From an uncultured Dehalococcoidaceae bacterium (GTDB taxonomy: Bacteria; Chloroflexota; Dehalococcoidia; Dehalococcoidales; RBG-16-60-22): a stretch of DNA of 33,439 bases. Shown piece by piece: positions 24,145 through 32,240 of the stretch. A program made the position numbers and the translations under genes. Location: the NCBI GenBank assembly GCA_964623035.1, contig CAZUSN010000001.1, positions 1 through 33,439 on the forward strand. Direction: 5' to 3'. Position 1 is the first letter of the stretch, and every line of letters starts with the position of its first letter. Under the pieces are notes generated by a model, which saw only the letters and a list, made by a program, of their open reading frames with translations, was not told the origin of the DNA and did no database searches.

Positions 24145-25110
24145 TTATTTGCTCTCTTCCCCCTCTTCCACCGGTTTGGCATAAAGGTCAATATCCATAT
24201 TGGCTACAGTTTCAACACGGAACTCTTCCGAGCCAGAATATTCGGTCGCCTTGGCAATATCAGGTTTATCAAACTGGCGCACTGTGCCATCTGCTTCACA
24301 GGTATAGTAATACCGGGTGGTATGCCTGATGATATAACTAGTGGTCTTAAAATCAGTGGTGTTGTCCGCAAGGATTCGGTCATGCTGGAAGAGCAAATAC
24401 CCCGCCTTGGGGCTTTCTGTTCCCGTATAGCCTTTGTCAGCAGCCGTGGTGGTGACGTCAGGAAAGGCTGCCATGTCGTTCGCCGCCACGCCACCCTTGT
24501 AATTTATCGGGTGGGGTATTTTCACCAGACCATTATCAGCCATCATAGCCAGCACCGCTGCTATCACCTCGCGAAATTCGGCTCTCCTTTCCCCCTCTTC
24601 ACCTGGATACCTAATCTCAACCTGGCTGACATCTACCCGCCTCAGCACCATGGTCTCCTTCGTCTTTCCTGAGTCCAGGTCAGCAAGAAAAGACATCACG
24701 CTATCATAATCGCCCTGCACCTTGACCTGGTTAAAAGCCTGCACCATATAGGTTCTCTCACCGCTTTGCCGTTTTTCTGGTGCCGGTGGCGGGGGAATTC
24801 TAAACTTGTCTCCGGTCGGGTCAACATTAATTCCGCTTTGCTCAGCTATGTCGACAATAATCTCCAGGGCTTCAGTTAATGTCACTGGTTCGAGGGCTTG
24901 GTTTACTTCATCATATTGTGCCTGTAACTTTTTAATATCAGGTAAGGGCTTACTGACAATGCCAATGGTCTTACTTATTTGCTCCTCGATGTCCTTCTGC
25001 TTTGGTCCCTGTTGAATATAGATGATGCCTAAACCGGCATATAGAATCAAACAAATCCCGAGGACGACGATAAATCCCATCCGCTGAATTCTGGACAATA
25101 AACTCCCCAT
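24145..25110 (-). CDS. PilO-like protein fused to a pilin-head-like C-terminal domain (no class III signal)
   Basis: The N-terminal half has a TM helix, a coiled coil, and IIVDIAEQSGINV...VQGDYDSVMSFLADLD, which parallels the PilO-like gene at 8616. Residues 170-280 align to the pilin heads, for example GEEGERRAEFREVIAAVLAMMADNGLVKIP vs GEEEAAQTELSNIQTAVIAMMTDNQLDSLP. Confidence 0.6.
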   Translation of the reverse strand: MGSLLSRIQRMGFIVVLGICLILYAGLGIIYIQQGPKQKDIEEQISKTIGIVSKPLPDIKKLQAQYDEVNQALEPVTLTEALEIIVDIAEQSGINVDPTGDKFRIPPPPAPEKRQSGERTYMVQAFNQVKVQGDYDSVMSFLADLDSGKTKETMVLRRVDVSQVEIRYPGEEGERRAEFREVIAAVLAMMADNGLVKIPHPINYKGGVAANDMAAFPDVTTTAADKGYTGTESPKAGYLLFQHDRILADNTTDFKTTSYIIRHTTRYYYTCEADGTVRQFDKPDIAKATEYSGSEEFRVETVANMDIDLYAKPVEEGEESK

Positions 25111-25180
25111 CTTATCTCTCTTGCCTCTATCTACCTAGCGCAGAATCAATAATAAATTTAGCACTTCAATGATTTCCCGT

Positions 25181-25555
25181 CTACCTCCACCTTTCCCGAA
25201 GCGCTTTCTGCACCTTTTCTTCTATCGTTTCTTCTATTGTTTTCCGCTCTGCCCTTTCCTGCTCAATGAACTCGCGCGTCAAGCGGGACATTTCTTCATC
25301 ATAAAAGAGCTGGTAAAGCTGCCGCCCCCGTCTCCACCCCATGAGCCAGACCATGGATAGACCAAAGATGGCTATTGGAGCTATAATTTCCAGTCCCACA
25401 TTCTGAAAGAGCAGGATAATAATGAGAATCAATACCACGAACAGAAATACCGCCACATCAAGGTCCCAGCGGGCAATTCTGGCTCTTTCCTTGGCTCTCC
25501 TGACCGCCATTGGTTTGATTTCCGTCTGTGCCTTTTCCATATTGCTTTCTGCCAA
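25181..25555 (-). CDS. Small membrane protein, two TM helices with charged helical tails, unknown function
   Basis: VAVFLFVVLILIIILLF and IIAPIAIFGLSMVWLMGW are flanked by Lys/Arg/Glu-rich segments. TTG start 5 nt after AAGGAGG. It is the first gene of the minus-strand module. Confidence 0.5.
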   Translation of the reverse strand: MAESNMEKAQTEIKPMAVRRAKERARIARWDLDVAVFLFVVLILIIILLFQNVGLEIIAPIAIFGLSMVWLMGWRRGRQLYQLFYDEEMSRLTREFIEQERAERKTIEETIEEKVQKALRERWR

Positions 25556-25668
25556 GGTTACCTCCTTGCTCGTTCACCCCCCAATACAACTTTCTACTAT
25601 ATAATAAACATAATAATAACGAAATACAATGAATGAGATTGTTTATTGATTGACCTCACCCCCTTTAT

Positions 25669-25998
25669 CCCCCTCTTCCTTAAAAGGAGAGGGGGAAAGA
25701 AATGGAAGAGGAGCTAGCGCCCCTCTTAGACACTCCCCATATCATCAAACTCAGAGCAAGAAGAGTTAAAGAGGGGCAAATCCCCTCTCTTACTTTACTC
25801 CCCTTCTGACAGAAACGAAACCCCTCCTAAAAATCTCCCCCCTTATCTTTTTCAGGAGCGTCTAAGAGAGGGCTATGCCTCAGAAGTGTTTATAGGGTGC
25901 TCAAGGGGGCAAAGCCCCAGATGTGTTTATCGGGCGTTTAAGAGGGACGAAGTCCCTCTCTTACTCATACTCCCCCTTCCCTTACCAAGGGAAGGGGG
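25669..25998. repeat. Cluster of G/C-rich hairpin repeats (GAGGG-loop-CCCTC type) in a divergent intergenic region
   Basis: Hairpins lie at 25669-25695, about 25707-25728, 25770-25788, about 25906-25918, 25941-25959 and 25972-25998. Copies at 25765-25806 and 25936-25980 share GTTWAAGAGGGR-loop-YCCCTCTCTTACT..ACTCCCC. A tandem unit of about 38 bp lies at 25881-25918 / 25919-25956. Confidence 0.7.
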
Positions 25999-26031
25999 TT
26001 AGGGGGATAGGTTGGTAAATAATCTCTACCT

Positions 26032-26060
26032 TTGACACTCCTATAAGCCGATGTTATCAT
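26032..26060 (+). promoter_or_regulatory. Sigma70-like promoter (TTGACA-17 nt-TATCAT) for the HlyC/CorC gene
   Basis: TTGACA at 26032-26037, a 17-nt spacer, and TATCAT at 26055-26060, 21 nt before ATG 26082. AAGGGAG SD. Confidence 0.55.
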
Positions 26061-26081
26061 TATGGTAAGGGAGCAGTCACG

Positions 26082-27377
26082 ATGTCTAAATTTGAATTAT
26101 ACCTATTGCTGCTTATCATTTGTTTTTTATTTTCGGCCTTCTTTTCCGGCTCGGAAACAGCCTTTATTTCTTTGCAGAGGCTAAGAGTTGAGCACCTCGT
26201 TGCCAACAACGTGAAAGGCGCCAGGCGGGTCGCCAGGATGATTGCACACCCGGACGAGTTCCTCTCCACTGTTTCGCTGGGCACCAACCTTGTTAACACG
26301 GCTGCGGCTGCTCTGGCGACTGCTTTAGCCATCTCCTTCTGGGGTGAGCAGGGTATCCTCATTGCTACCATAGGGATAACCGTTATTCTCCTGATATTTG
26401 CTGATGTTACCCCCAAGACCATTGCCGCTCAACATTCAGAAAGGTTATCATTAACTTTTGTCCGCCCTCTGGAATTTATCTCCTGGCTGTTCACCCCCTT
26501 CGTCATCGCCCTGAGCTGGATAGCCTCGGGATTTACCAAACTGGTCGGCGGGACCTCAGCCCCCAGGTCTCTAGCCAGTCCGGAGGAAATCCGCACCATG
26601 ATATCGGTAGGACAAAAAGAGGGAACGGTGGAAGAGCTAGAAGCCGAGATGCTCCACAAGGTCTTCGAGTTTGGCGACCGCCCTATCCGTGAGGTCATGG
26701 TGCCCCGCCCGGAAGTGGTCGCCATCGAGAAAAGCTCCCGAATCTCCGAATTCCTCGCCCTCTATGCCAAATTCCCCCTCTCTCGTTTCCCCGTCTACCA
26801 GGAGAATATGGACAACGTCGTCGGCATTCTGTCGATAAAGGATGTGCTCATGGCTCAGGCTAAAGGCACCATCAGTAACCAGAGCACCATTGATGACCTC
26901 ATCCGCCCTGCCTACTTCGCCCCGGAAACTAAACGCATTAGCGAACTCTTCTTTGAGATGCAGGAGAGAAACTATCCCATATGCGTAGTCGTCGATGAGT
27001 ATGGCGGCACCGCCGGCATCGTCAGCCTTGACCGCTTAGTCGGGGAAATCGTCGGTGAGGTCGGCGATGAGTTAGCCCGGGTGGAAAAGGACTTCGAAAT
27101 TATCAATGAATACACCTTCCAGATGGACGGCAGCATGCGTATTGATGAAGCCAATGAAGAGATGGGACTAGAACTACCACAGGGTGATTACGAGACGGTC
27201 GCCGGCTTTGTCCTCCACCTTCTAGGACATATCCCCAAGCCCAATGAACAATTGCGCTATAAGGAACTGAAGCTGGTGATAACCGAAATGCGCGGACGTA
27301 AAATTGAGAAAATCCTGCTCACCAAGGAAAAGGCGGGAAATGCCAGCAAAGAAAATTCCGCTGAGGCTAAAAGGTGA
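26082..27377 (+). CDS. HlyC/CorC-family transporter (CNNM/DUF21 - CBS pair - CorC_HlyC)
   Basis: N-terminal 4-TM region with FFSGSETAF. The CBS pair region includes VREVMVPRPEVVAI and GILSIKDV. C-terminal transporter-associated domain (GDYETVAGFVLHLLGHIP). Confidence 0.9.
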   Translation: MSKFELYLLLLIICFLFSAFFSGSETAFISLQRLRVEHLVANNVKGARRVARMIAHPDEFLSTVSLGTNLVNTAAAALATALAISFWGEQGILIATIGITVILLIFADVTPKTIAAQHSERLSLTFVRPLEFISWLFTPFVIALSWIASGFTKLVGGTSAPRSLASPEEIRTMISVGQKEGTVEELEAEMLHKVFEFGDRPIREVMVPRPEVVAIEKSSRISEFLALYAKFPLSRFPVYQENMDNVVGILSIKDVLMAQAKGTISNQSTIDDLIRPAYFAPETKRISELFFEMQERNYPICVVVDEYGGTAGIVSLDRLVGEIVGEVGDELARVEKDFEIINEYTFQMDGSMRIDEANEEMGLELPQGDYETVAGFVLHLLGHIPKPNEQLRYKELKLVITEMRGRKIEKILLTKEKAGNASKENSAEAKR

Positions 27378-27411
27378 AACAGCCCAAGAAAGATGAAGTG
27401 TGGGGAAAAAT

Positions 27412-28059
27412 ATGCAGCGTTTGCGCATCAGATTCAGCCGAGGACAAGAGCTGAAATTCATCTCCCATCTTGATATCATACGCCTGTGGCAAAGAGCACT
27501 CACCAGAGCTGAAATCCCACTAGCCTACTCCCAAGGTTTTAATCCCCACCCCCGCATATCGCTGGCAGCGCCCCTGGCTGTGGGCGTAACCAGCGAAGCC
27601 GAATTAATGGATATCATCCTGACCAGACCGGCCTCACCCCACTCTTTCGCCGCCGCCGTAAGTCAGCAATTACCAGCGGGCATTGAAATATCGCAGGTAA
27701 ATCCAGTCGCCCTGACTTTGCCTTCACTGCAATCTCAGGTTCGTTGTGCCGAATACAAAGTTGAATTGGAAACTGAAAAAGGACCCAAGGAGGTGGAATC
27801 AGCACTCACCTCGCTGCTGGCATTAAAGCAACTGCCCTGGCAGCATCAGAGAGACACCGGCCCGCGAAACTACGACCTGAGGGCACTTATTGATGACCTG
27901 TGGCTCATCTCCTGCCATGACGGACACTGCACCCTCGGGATGAGGTTACGCTGTGACAGCAGTGGTTCGGGAAGACCAGAGCAGGTTGCCGCTGCCCTCG
28001 GTTTCACCCATTATCCGCAGTCGATACACCGCACCAAGCTTATTTTAAAGGTAATCTAA
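27412..28059 (+). CDS. TIGR03936 / DUF2344-family (radical-SAM-associated) protein
   Basis: RLRIRFSRGQELKFISHLDIIRLWQRALTRAEIPLAYSQGFNPHPRISLAAPL is the family N-terminal signature as I recall it. Confidence 0.75.
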   Translation: MQRLRIRFSRGQELKFISHLDIIRLWQRALTRAEIPLAYSQGFNPHPRISLAAPLAVGVTSEAELMDIILTRPASPHSFAAAVSQQLPAGIEISQVNPVALTLPSLQSQVRCAEYKVELETEKGPKEVESALTSLLALKQLPWQHQRDTGPRNYDLRALIDDLWLISCHDGHCTLGMRLRCDSSGSGRPEQVAAALGFTHYPQSIHRTKLILKVI

Positions 28060-28062
28060 GCA

Positions 28063-29505
28063 ATGACAAAGGGGAAAACAGGCTCTATCGAGTTAGCGGA
28101 ACGAGTGCTCCGCTTTATCCAAGAACACCGCCTGGTAACAAGAAGACAGAAGCTGGTGGTTGCCGTATCCGGTGGCCCGGATTCAGTCTGCCTGCTCCAC
28201 ATACTGATTCAACTGCGGGGCAAACTCAGCATAAGCCTGCATGTAGCGCACCTGAACCACCAACTGCGCGGGGCTGAGTCTGAAGCCGATGCTCAATATG
28301 TTGCTGACCTGGCCCGGCAATCAGACCTCCCGGCGACCATCGAGCAACGCGATGTCAAAGCTTATCAAGCCCGACAGCGTCTTTCTCTGGAAGAGGCAGC
28401 ACGTGAGGTGCGCTATACTTTCCTGGCTCAGGTTGCTGAGTCCATCGGAGCTGACCGGGTTGCCGTGGGGCATACCATTGATGACCAAGTCGAAACTATA
28501 CTGATGCACCTGATACGAGGCAGTGGCATCAGGGGGCTGCGGGGACTGCAGCCATCCAGCCGGTGGATATCTCCCTTAGGGCATAGCCTGACGGTAATTA
28601 GACCGTTGCTATCAGCAGGTCGAGAGGAGACCGCCGACTACTGCCATCAGCACCAGCTTAGACCAAGGATTGATACTTCTAACCTGTCATTATCGCCACT
28701 GAGAAATCGAATCCGTCAGCAGCTTATACCGCTGCTGCAGAGCTATAACCCTCAGGTGGTAGATGCTTTGCTCCGGACGGCTCGCCTTGCGGCTGATGAC
28801 CTTGCTTTCCTGGATAAAGAAGTCGCCCGACAATGGGAGGAAATCGCCCGAGAACAGGAAGAAGCGATTATCTTTGATAAGAAAAGATTTCTTGAGTCGC
28901 CTTCCGCCCTGCAACGGCACCTGCTGCGAGCTGCCATGGAAAAGTTGCTCGGCAATCTGAAGGATATTGAGACCCGTCACATTGAGGAGATAATCGCTGC
29001 CTTAAACAAGCCAGCCGGGAAAAGAGTCAGCCTGCCGGAAGGCCTTATTTTCTCTATAGAATATGATAAATATCTGCTCAGCCCAGACCCCGCCGCTTTA
29101 TCCCCTTTTCCAGTCTTAGAGACTGAATTCGCCCTTAAGATACCAGGGGAGACACCACTACCAGGATGGCAGGTGGTGGCGACAATTATCGACCGAGAAC
29201 AGATAAAGGAAAAAGATAATGACTTTACCGCTTACCTTGACCTTGATAAAGCTGGCAAGCAACTGATGGTGCGCACCCGCCAGCCCGGCGACCGGTTCCA
29301 GCCACTGGGCATGAGCCAGCCCAAGAAGCTAAACGAGTTCATGATTGATGCCAGAATCCCTCAGCCCTGGCGAAAGCGCATACCTATCGTCTGCTCGCCC
29401 CAGCATATCCTGTGGGTTGTCGGCTGGCGCATAGACGAGCGGGCAAAAGTAACTGAGACCACGCAAAGGGTGCTGCGTCTGGAGATGGTGAGAGCCACAA
29501 AATGA
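28063..29505 (+). CDS. tilS: tRNA(Ile)-lysidine synthetase
   Basis: PP-loop VAVSGGPDSVCLL, then HLNHQLRG and GHTIDDQVET. C-terminal TilS_C pattern: RTRQPGDRFQPLGM..KKLNEFMIDARIP. Confidence 0.9.
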   Translation: MTKGKTGSIELAERVLRFIQEHRLVTRRQKLVVAVSGGPDSVCLLHILIQLRGKLSISLHVAHLNHQLRGAESEADAQYVADLARQSDLPATIEQRDVKAYQARQRLSLEEAAREVRYTFLAQVAESIGADRVAVGHTIDDQVETILMHLIRGSGIRGLRGLQPSSRWISPLGHSLTVIRPLLSAGREETADYCHQHQLRPRIDTSNLSLSPLRNRIRQQLIPLLQSYNPQVVDALLRTARLAADDLAFLDKEVARQWEEIAREQEEAIIFDKKRFLESPSALQRHLLRAAMEKLLGNLKDIETRHIEEIIAALNKPAGKRVSLPEGLIFSIEYDKYLLSPDPAALSPFPVLETEFALKIPGETPLPGWQVVATIIDREQIKEKDNDFTAYLDLDKAGKQLMVRTRQPGDRFQPLGMSQPKKLNEFMIDARIPQPWRKRIPIVCSPQHILWVVGWRIDERAKVTETTQRVLRLEMVRATK

Positions 29506-29822
29506 GCAACCTGGAAAAAGTAGAAGAGATAGCAGAAAGGCTGAGACATGAACCATATAATTTGCGCGCCAACGACTGCTTTATTAAGTCATCAAAACTT
29601 AAGAGAGAATGTGAACCGTTAGGGATACCAGTCAAAATTGTCGCCTGTATTGGTCTGGTCAGGGCTAAAGTATTCAGGCTCTGGTGGATGACTATCCCCG
29701 TAATCCATGGCTGGGCAGAGGTTGAGGGCAAGAGGGTTGAGGTCTCCAGACCGGTTGGTGTCTCGGGAACGTGGGGCATTATTCCCAGAGACATTAAGCC
29801 CATAATTAGGGTTCGATTTTAA
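29502..29822 (+). CDS. Small hypothetical protein, possibly transglutaminase-like cysteine-peptidase fold
   Basis: ATGA overlap with tilS. NDCFIKSSKLKRECEPLGIPVKIV....HGWAEVEGKRVEV resembles the Cys...His core of transglutaminase-like domains, but the third catalytic Asp is not obvious. Confidence 0.4.
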   Translation: MSNLEKVEEIAERLRHEPYNLRANDCFIKSSKLKRECEPLGIPVKIVACIGLVRAKVFRLWWMTIPVIHGWAEVEGKRVEVSRPVGVSGTWGIIPRDIKPIIRVRF

Positions 29823-29834
29823 AGATTTCTCCCC

Positions 29835-30662
29835 TTACTTTGGCTTTATTCCCTGAACTTTTACGCTGACCACCGAATCAGCGGTATCTTTGAGCTTATC
29901 TTCTGACAGGTTCATCCTATTGATAAGCACCTTTGCCGTTGGGTCATTGGTGATACATTCAATCGGAAAGACAGCTTCATCCACTATCCTGACATCGCGA
30001 AAACCGACTTCTCTTATTGTCTTGATGTACTCGTCCTTCATCATGGCTCCAGAAATGCAACCAACATAGGCAGCAACGGAACTTCTGATAAAGTCAGGGA
30101 GTTCCTTCAGCAAGACAATATCTGACACCATCAGCCGGCCACCAGGCTTGAGTACCCGAAAAGCCTCGCCAAAAACCCTCTTTTTATCGGGCGAGAGATT
30201 AATCACACAGTTGGAGATGACGACATCAATGGAGTTATCAGCCGCTGGTATGTTTTCAATTTCTCCCAGCCTGAACTCGACATTTGCGTAATTGCTCATT
30301 TGCGCATTTTCCCTGGCTTTCTCAATCATCTCCGGCGTCATATCCACGCCAATGACCTTCCCCCTCTTCCCAACCCTGTTTGCCGCCAGAAAACAATCAA
30401 AACCAGCGCCTGAGCCAAGGTCAAGGACGGTCTCGCCCTCGACTAAAGATGCCAGAGCAATCGGATTACCACAGCCAAGACCGAGATTGGCGCCTTCAGG
30501 AACAGATTTGAGTTCTTCATCGGAGTAACCAATCGCCCGGCTGATAGTCTGCGCCAGGTTGCCACCACAACAGGTACTGGCCGGAGCACAGCAAGAGCTC
30601 CCCTTTTTGGCTACCTGGGCATATCTTTTTCTTACCTCTTTCTTTATTTCCGTTTCTTTCAT
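29835..30662 (-). CDS. arsM: Arsenite S-adenosylmethionine methyltransferase
   Basis: N-terminal Cys-rich GSSCCAPASTCCGG and GANLGLGCGNP. SAM motif VLDLGSGAGFD. Conserved Cys contexts ISNCVINL and VGCISGA. Confidence 0.85.
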   Translation of the reverse strand: MKETEIKKEVRKRYAQVAKKGSSCCAPASTCCGGNLAQTISRAIGYSDEELKSVPEGANLGLGCGNPIALASLVEGETVLDLGSGAGFDCFLAANRVGKRGKVIGVDMTPEMIEKARENAQMSNYANVEFRLGEIENIPAADNSIDVVISNCVINLSPDKKRVFGEAFRVLKPGGRLMVSDIVLLKELPDFIRSSVAAYVGCISGAMMKDEYIKTIREVGFRDVRIVDEAVFPIECITNDPTAKVLINRMNLSEDKLKDTADSVVSVKVQGIKPK

Positions 30663-30688
30663 TTCAAAACCCCCTGGTCAATTATAGC

Positions 30689-31687
30689 TCACATCACCCG
30701 TTTGAGTCTAGGATTTGGTGTTACCCCTGGTATTCTTCCCCTCTTGGCAATTGGTTTGCCCTCTACCTCATGCAGGTCAGCGGTAAAATCAATGGGCTTG
30801 GCACCACTGATATAGCTGCCCACGCCAAAGCCATCCACCGGAGCACCACTTTCCAGAAACTGGGTGATGCGCTCCGGGTCAAAACCACCGCTGACGAAAA
30901 TCTTGACATGATTGAAACCAGCCAGGTCCAGCCGGGTTCTTACCTCTTTGACCAGGTCAGCAGTAACCCGGCCCCGTTCCGCTGGAGTGTCCAGCCGCAC
31001 ACTTTCCAGTCTCTTGCCCAATGCTTCAGCCACTCGCAGGCTCTCTTCAGCCTCATCCTTAAAGGTATCAACCAACGAAATACGAGGCACTTCCGGGGGC
31101 ATATATTTATCGAAGGCAACAGTTGCCTTAACTGTGTCACCCATAACGATAATCAGGGCATGGGGCATTGTCCCGGATGGTTTAATGCCTGCCAATCTGG
31201 CACCAGCGACACTGGAACAGCCGACACAGCCACCGACCACAGCAGCATAATCCATCACCCCAGCTACCGAAGGATGAACGTGACGGGCACCAAAGCTGAT
31301 GACCGGTATGCCGCGAGCCGCGGTAACGCACTCTCGGGCAGCGGTTGCCCAACCGCTGCAATGGGCTAGAATTCCGATGATAGCAGTCTCATACAGCCCA
31401 TAGCTCTGATATGGTGCTCTGATGCGTAACACCACTTCCTTCGTGTCCATATTAGCGCCCTCATTCAACGCCCATACCTCACGGTTAGCTTCAGGTAAAA
31501 CCTTGGTCAGCAGAGCCTTGACCTCTTCAATGCCACAGAGCATTCCGGCGCCACCGGGAAAAACCTCCATGGTGGCGACCGGATTAAGCCCCTCACGACG
31601 TAAGACCTCTATGGTGCGGGCAAAATAAATATCACTCGCCTCCCCCGAAAGAACTGCTTCACTTGGCTCAAACCTAGGCTTTTTCAT
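30689..31687 (-). CDS. pncB: Nicotinate phosphoribosyltransferase (short archaeal/subgroup-B type)
   Basis: ASDIYFARTIEVLRREGLNPVATMEVF at the N-terminus and the downstream PRTase barrel pattern (SVRLDTP, FVSGG). ATGA overlap with the upstream nicotinamidase-like gene. Confidence 0.7.
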   Translation of the reverse strand: MKKPRFEPSEAVLSGEASDIYFARTIEVLRREGLNPVATMEVFPGGAGMLCGIEEVKALLTKVLPEANREVWALNEGANMDTKEVVLRIRAPYQSYGLYETAIIGILAHCSGWATAARECVTAARGIPVISFGARHVHPSVAGVMDYAAVVGGCVGCSSVAGARLAGIKPSGTMPHALIIVMGDTVKATVAFDKYMPPEVPRISLVDTFKDEAEESLRVAEALGKRLESVRLDTPAERGRVTADLVKEVRTRLDLAGFNHVKIFVSGGFDPERITQFLESGAPVDGFGVGSYISGAKPIDFTADLHEVEGKPIAKRGRIPGVTPNPRLKRVM

Positions 31688-32220
31688 CTGGCAACACCTC
31701 CAACACTGGTCAGTTTCGCCCCCAGCACTTTCTCCATATGCTCCAGAGCAAATTGGTGTGCCTTTTCATCCGGGGAGGCAACACAGTCAACCAGCACCTC
31801 AACTTGGTAATCACGATTTCGAGCATCAGCCACAGTATGCAGGACGCAGATATTGGTAAGCACGCCGCAAATTATCAATTTCTCCGGCTTGAGTTTCTTC
31901 AGTCTGGCATCAAGGTCAGTACCAAAAAATCCACTGTAACGCTTCTTGGGTATGATTTCACCCGGGTATTTAGCCAGTTCCGGAATAACCTCAGCCTCCG
32001 GGGTGCCCTCAAGGCAATGGGGTGGAAACATCTTAAACTCAAGGTCACCCGGGTCATGATGGTCGCTGATAAAAAATATTTTGGAACCCCGGGCAAGCTC
32101 CCGCTCCAAAAGATGCTGAATATTGGGAATGATATGGCGGGCTTTATCCCCACTATACAAAGGGTAGCCTTTTTCCAGAAAACCCCTGAGCATATCAACC
32201 ACTAAGACCACTTTAGCCAT
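31684..32220 (-). CDS. pncA: Isochorismatase-family cysteine hydrolase, nicotinamidase-like
   Basis: VLVVDMLRGF (Asp), PPHCLEGT, KKRYSGF (Lys) and LIICGVLTNICVLHT (nucleophile Cys). It is operonic with the NAPRTase. Confidence 0.7.
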   Translation of the reverse strand: MAKVVLVVDMLRGFLEKGYPLYSGDKARHIIPNIQHLLERELARGSKIFFISDHHDPGDLEFKMFPPHCLEGTPEAEVIPELAKYPGEIIPKKRYSGFFGTDLDARLKKLKPEKLIICGVLTNICVLHTVADARNRDYQVEVLVDCVASPDEKAHQFALEHMEKVLGAKLTSVGGVAR

Positions 32221-32240
32221 AGCTTATCTCCCACCTTTGC

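Noticed and set aside
25660-26000. Possible CRISPR array in the repeat-rich intergenic region
   Set aside because: The repeats are imperfect, of different lengths and irregularly spaced (copies near 25707, 25765, 25881 and 25919). There is no unique-spacer periodicity, and no cas genes lie in the window.
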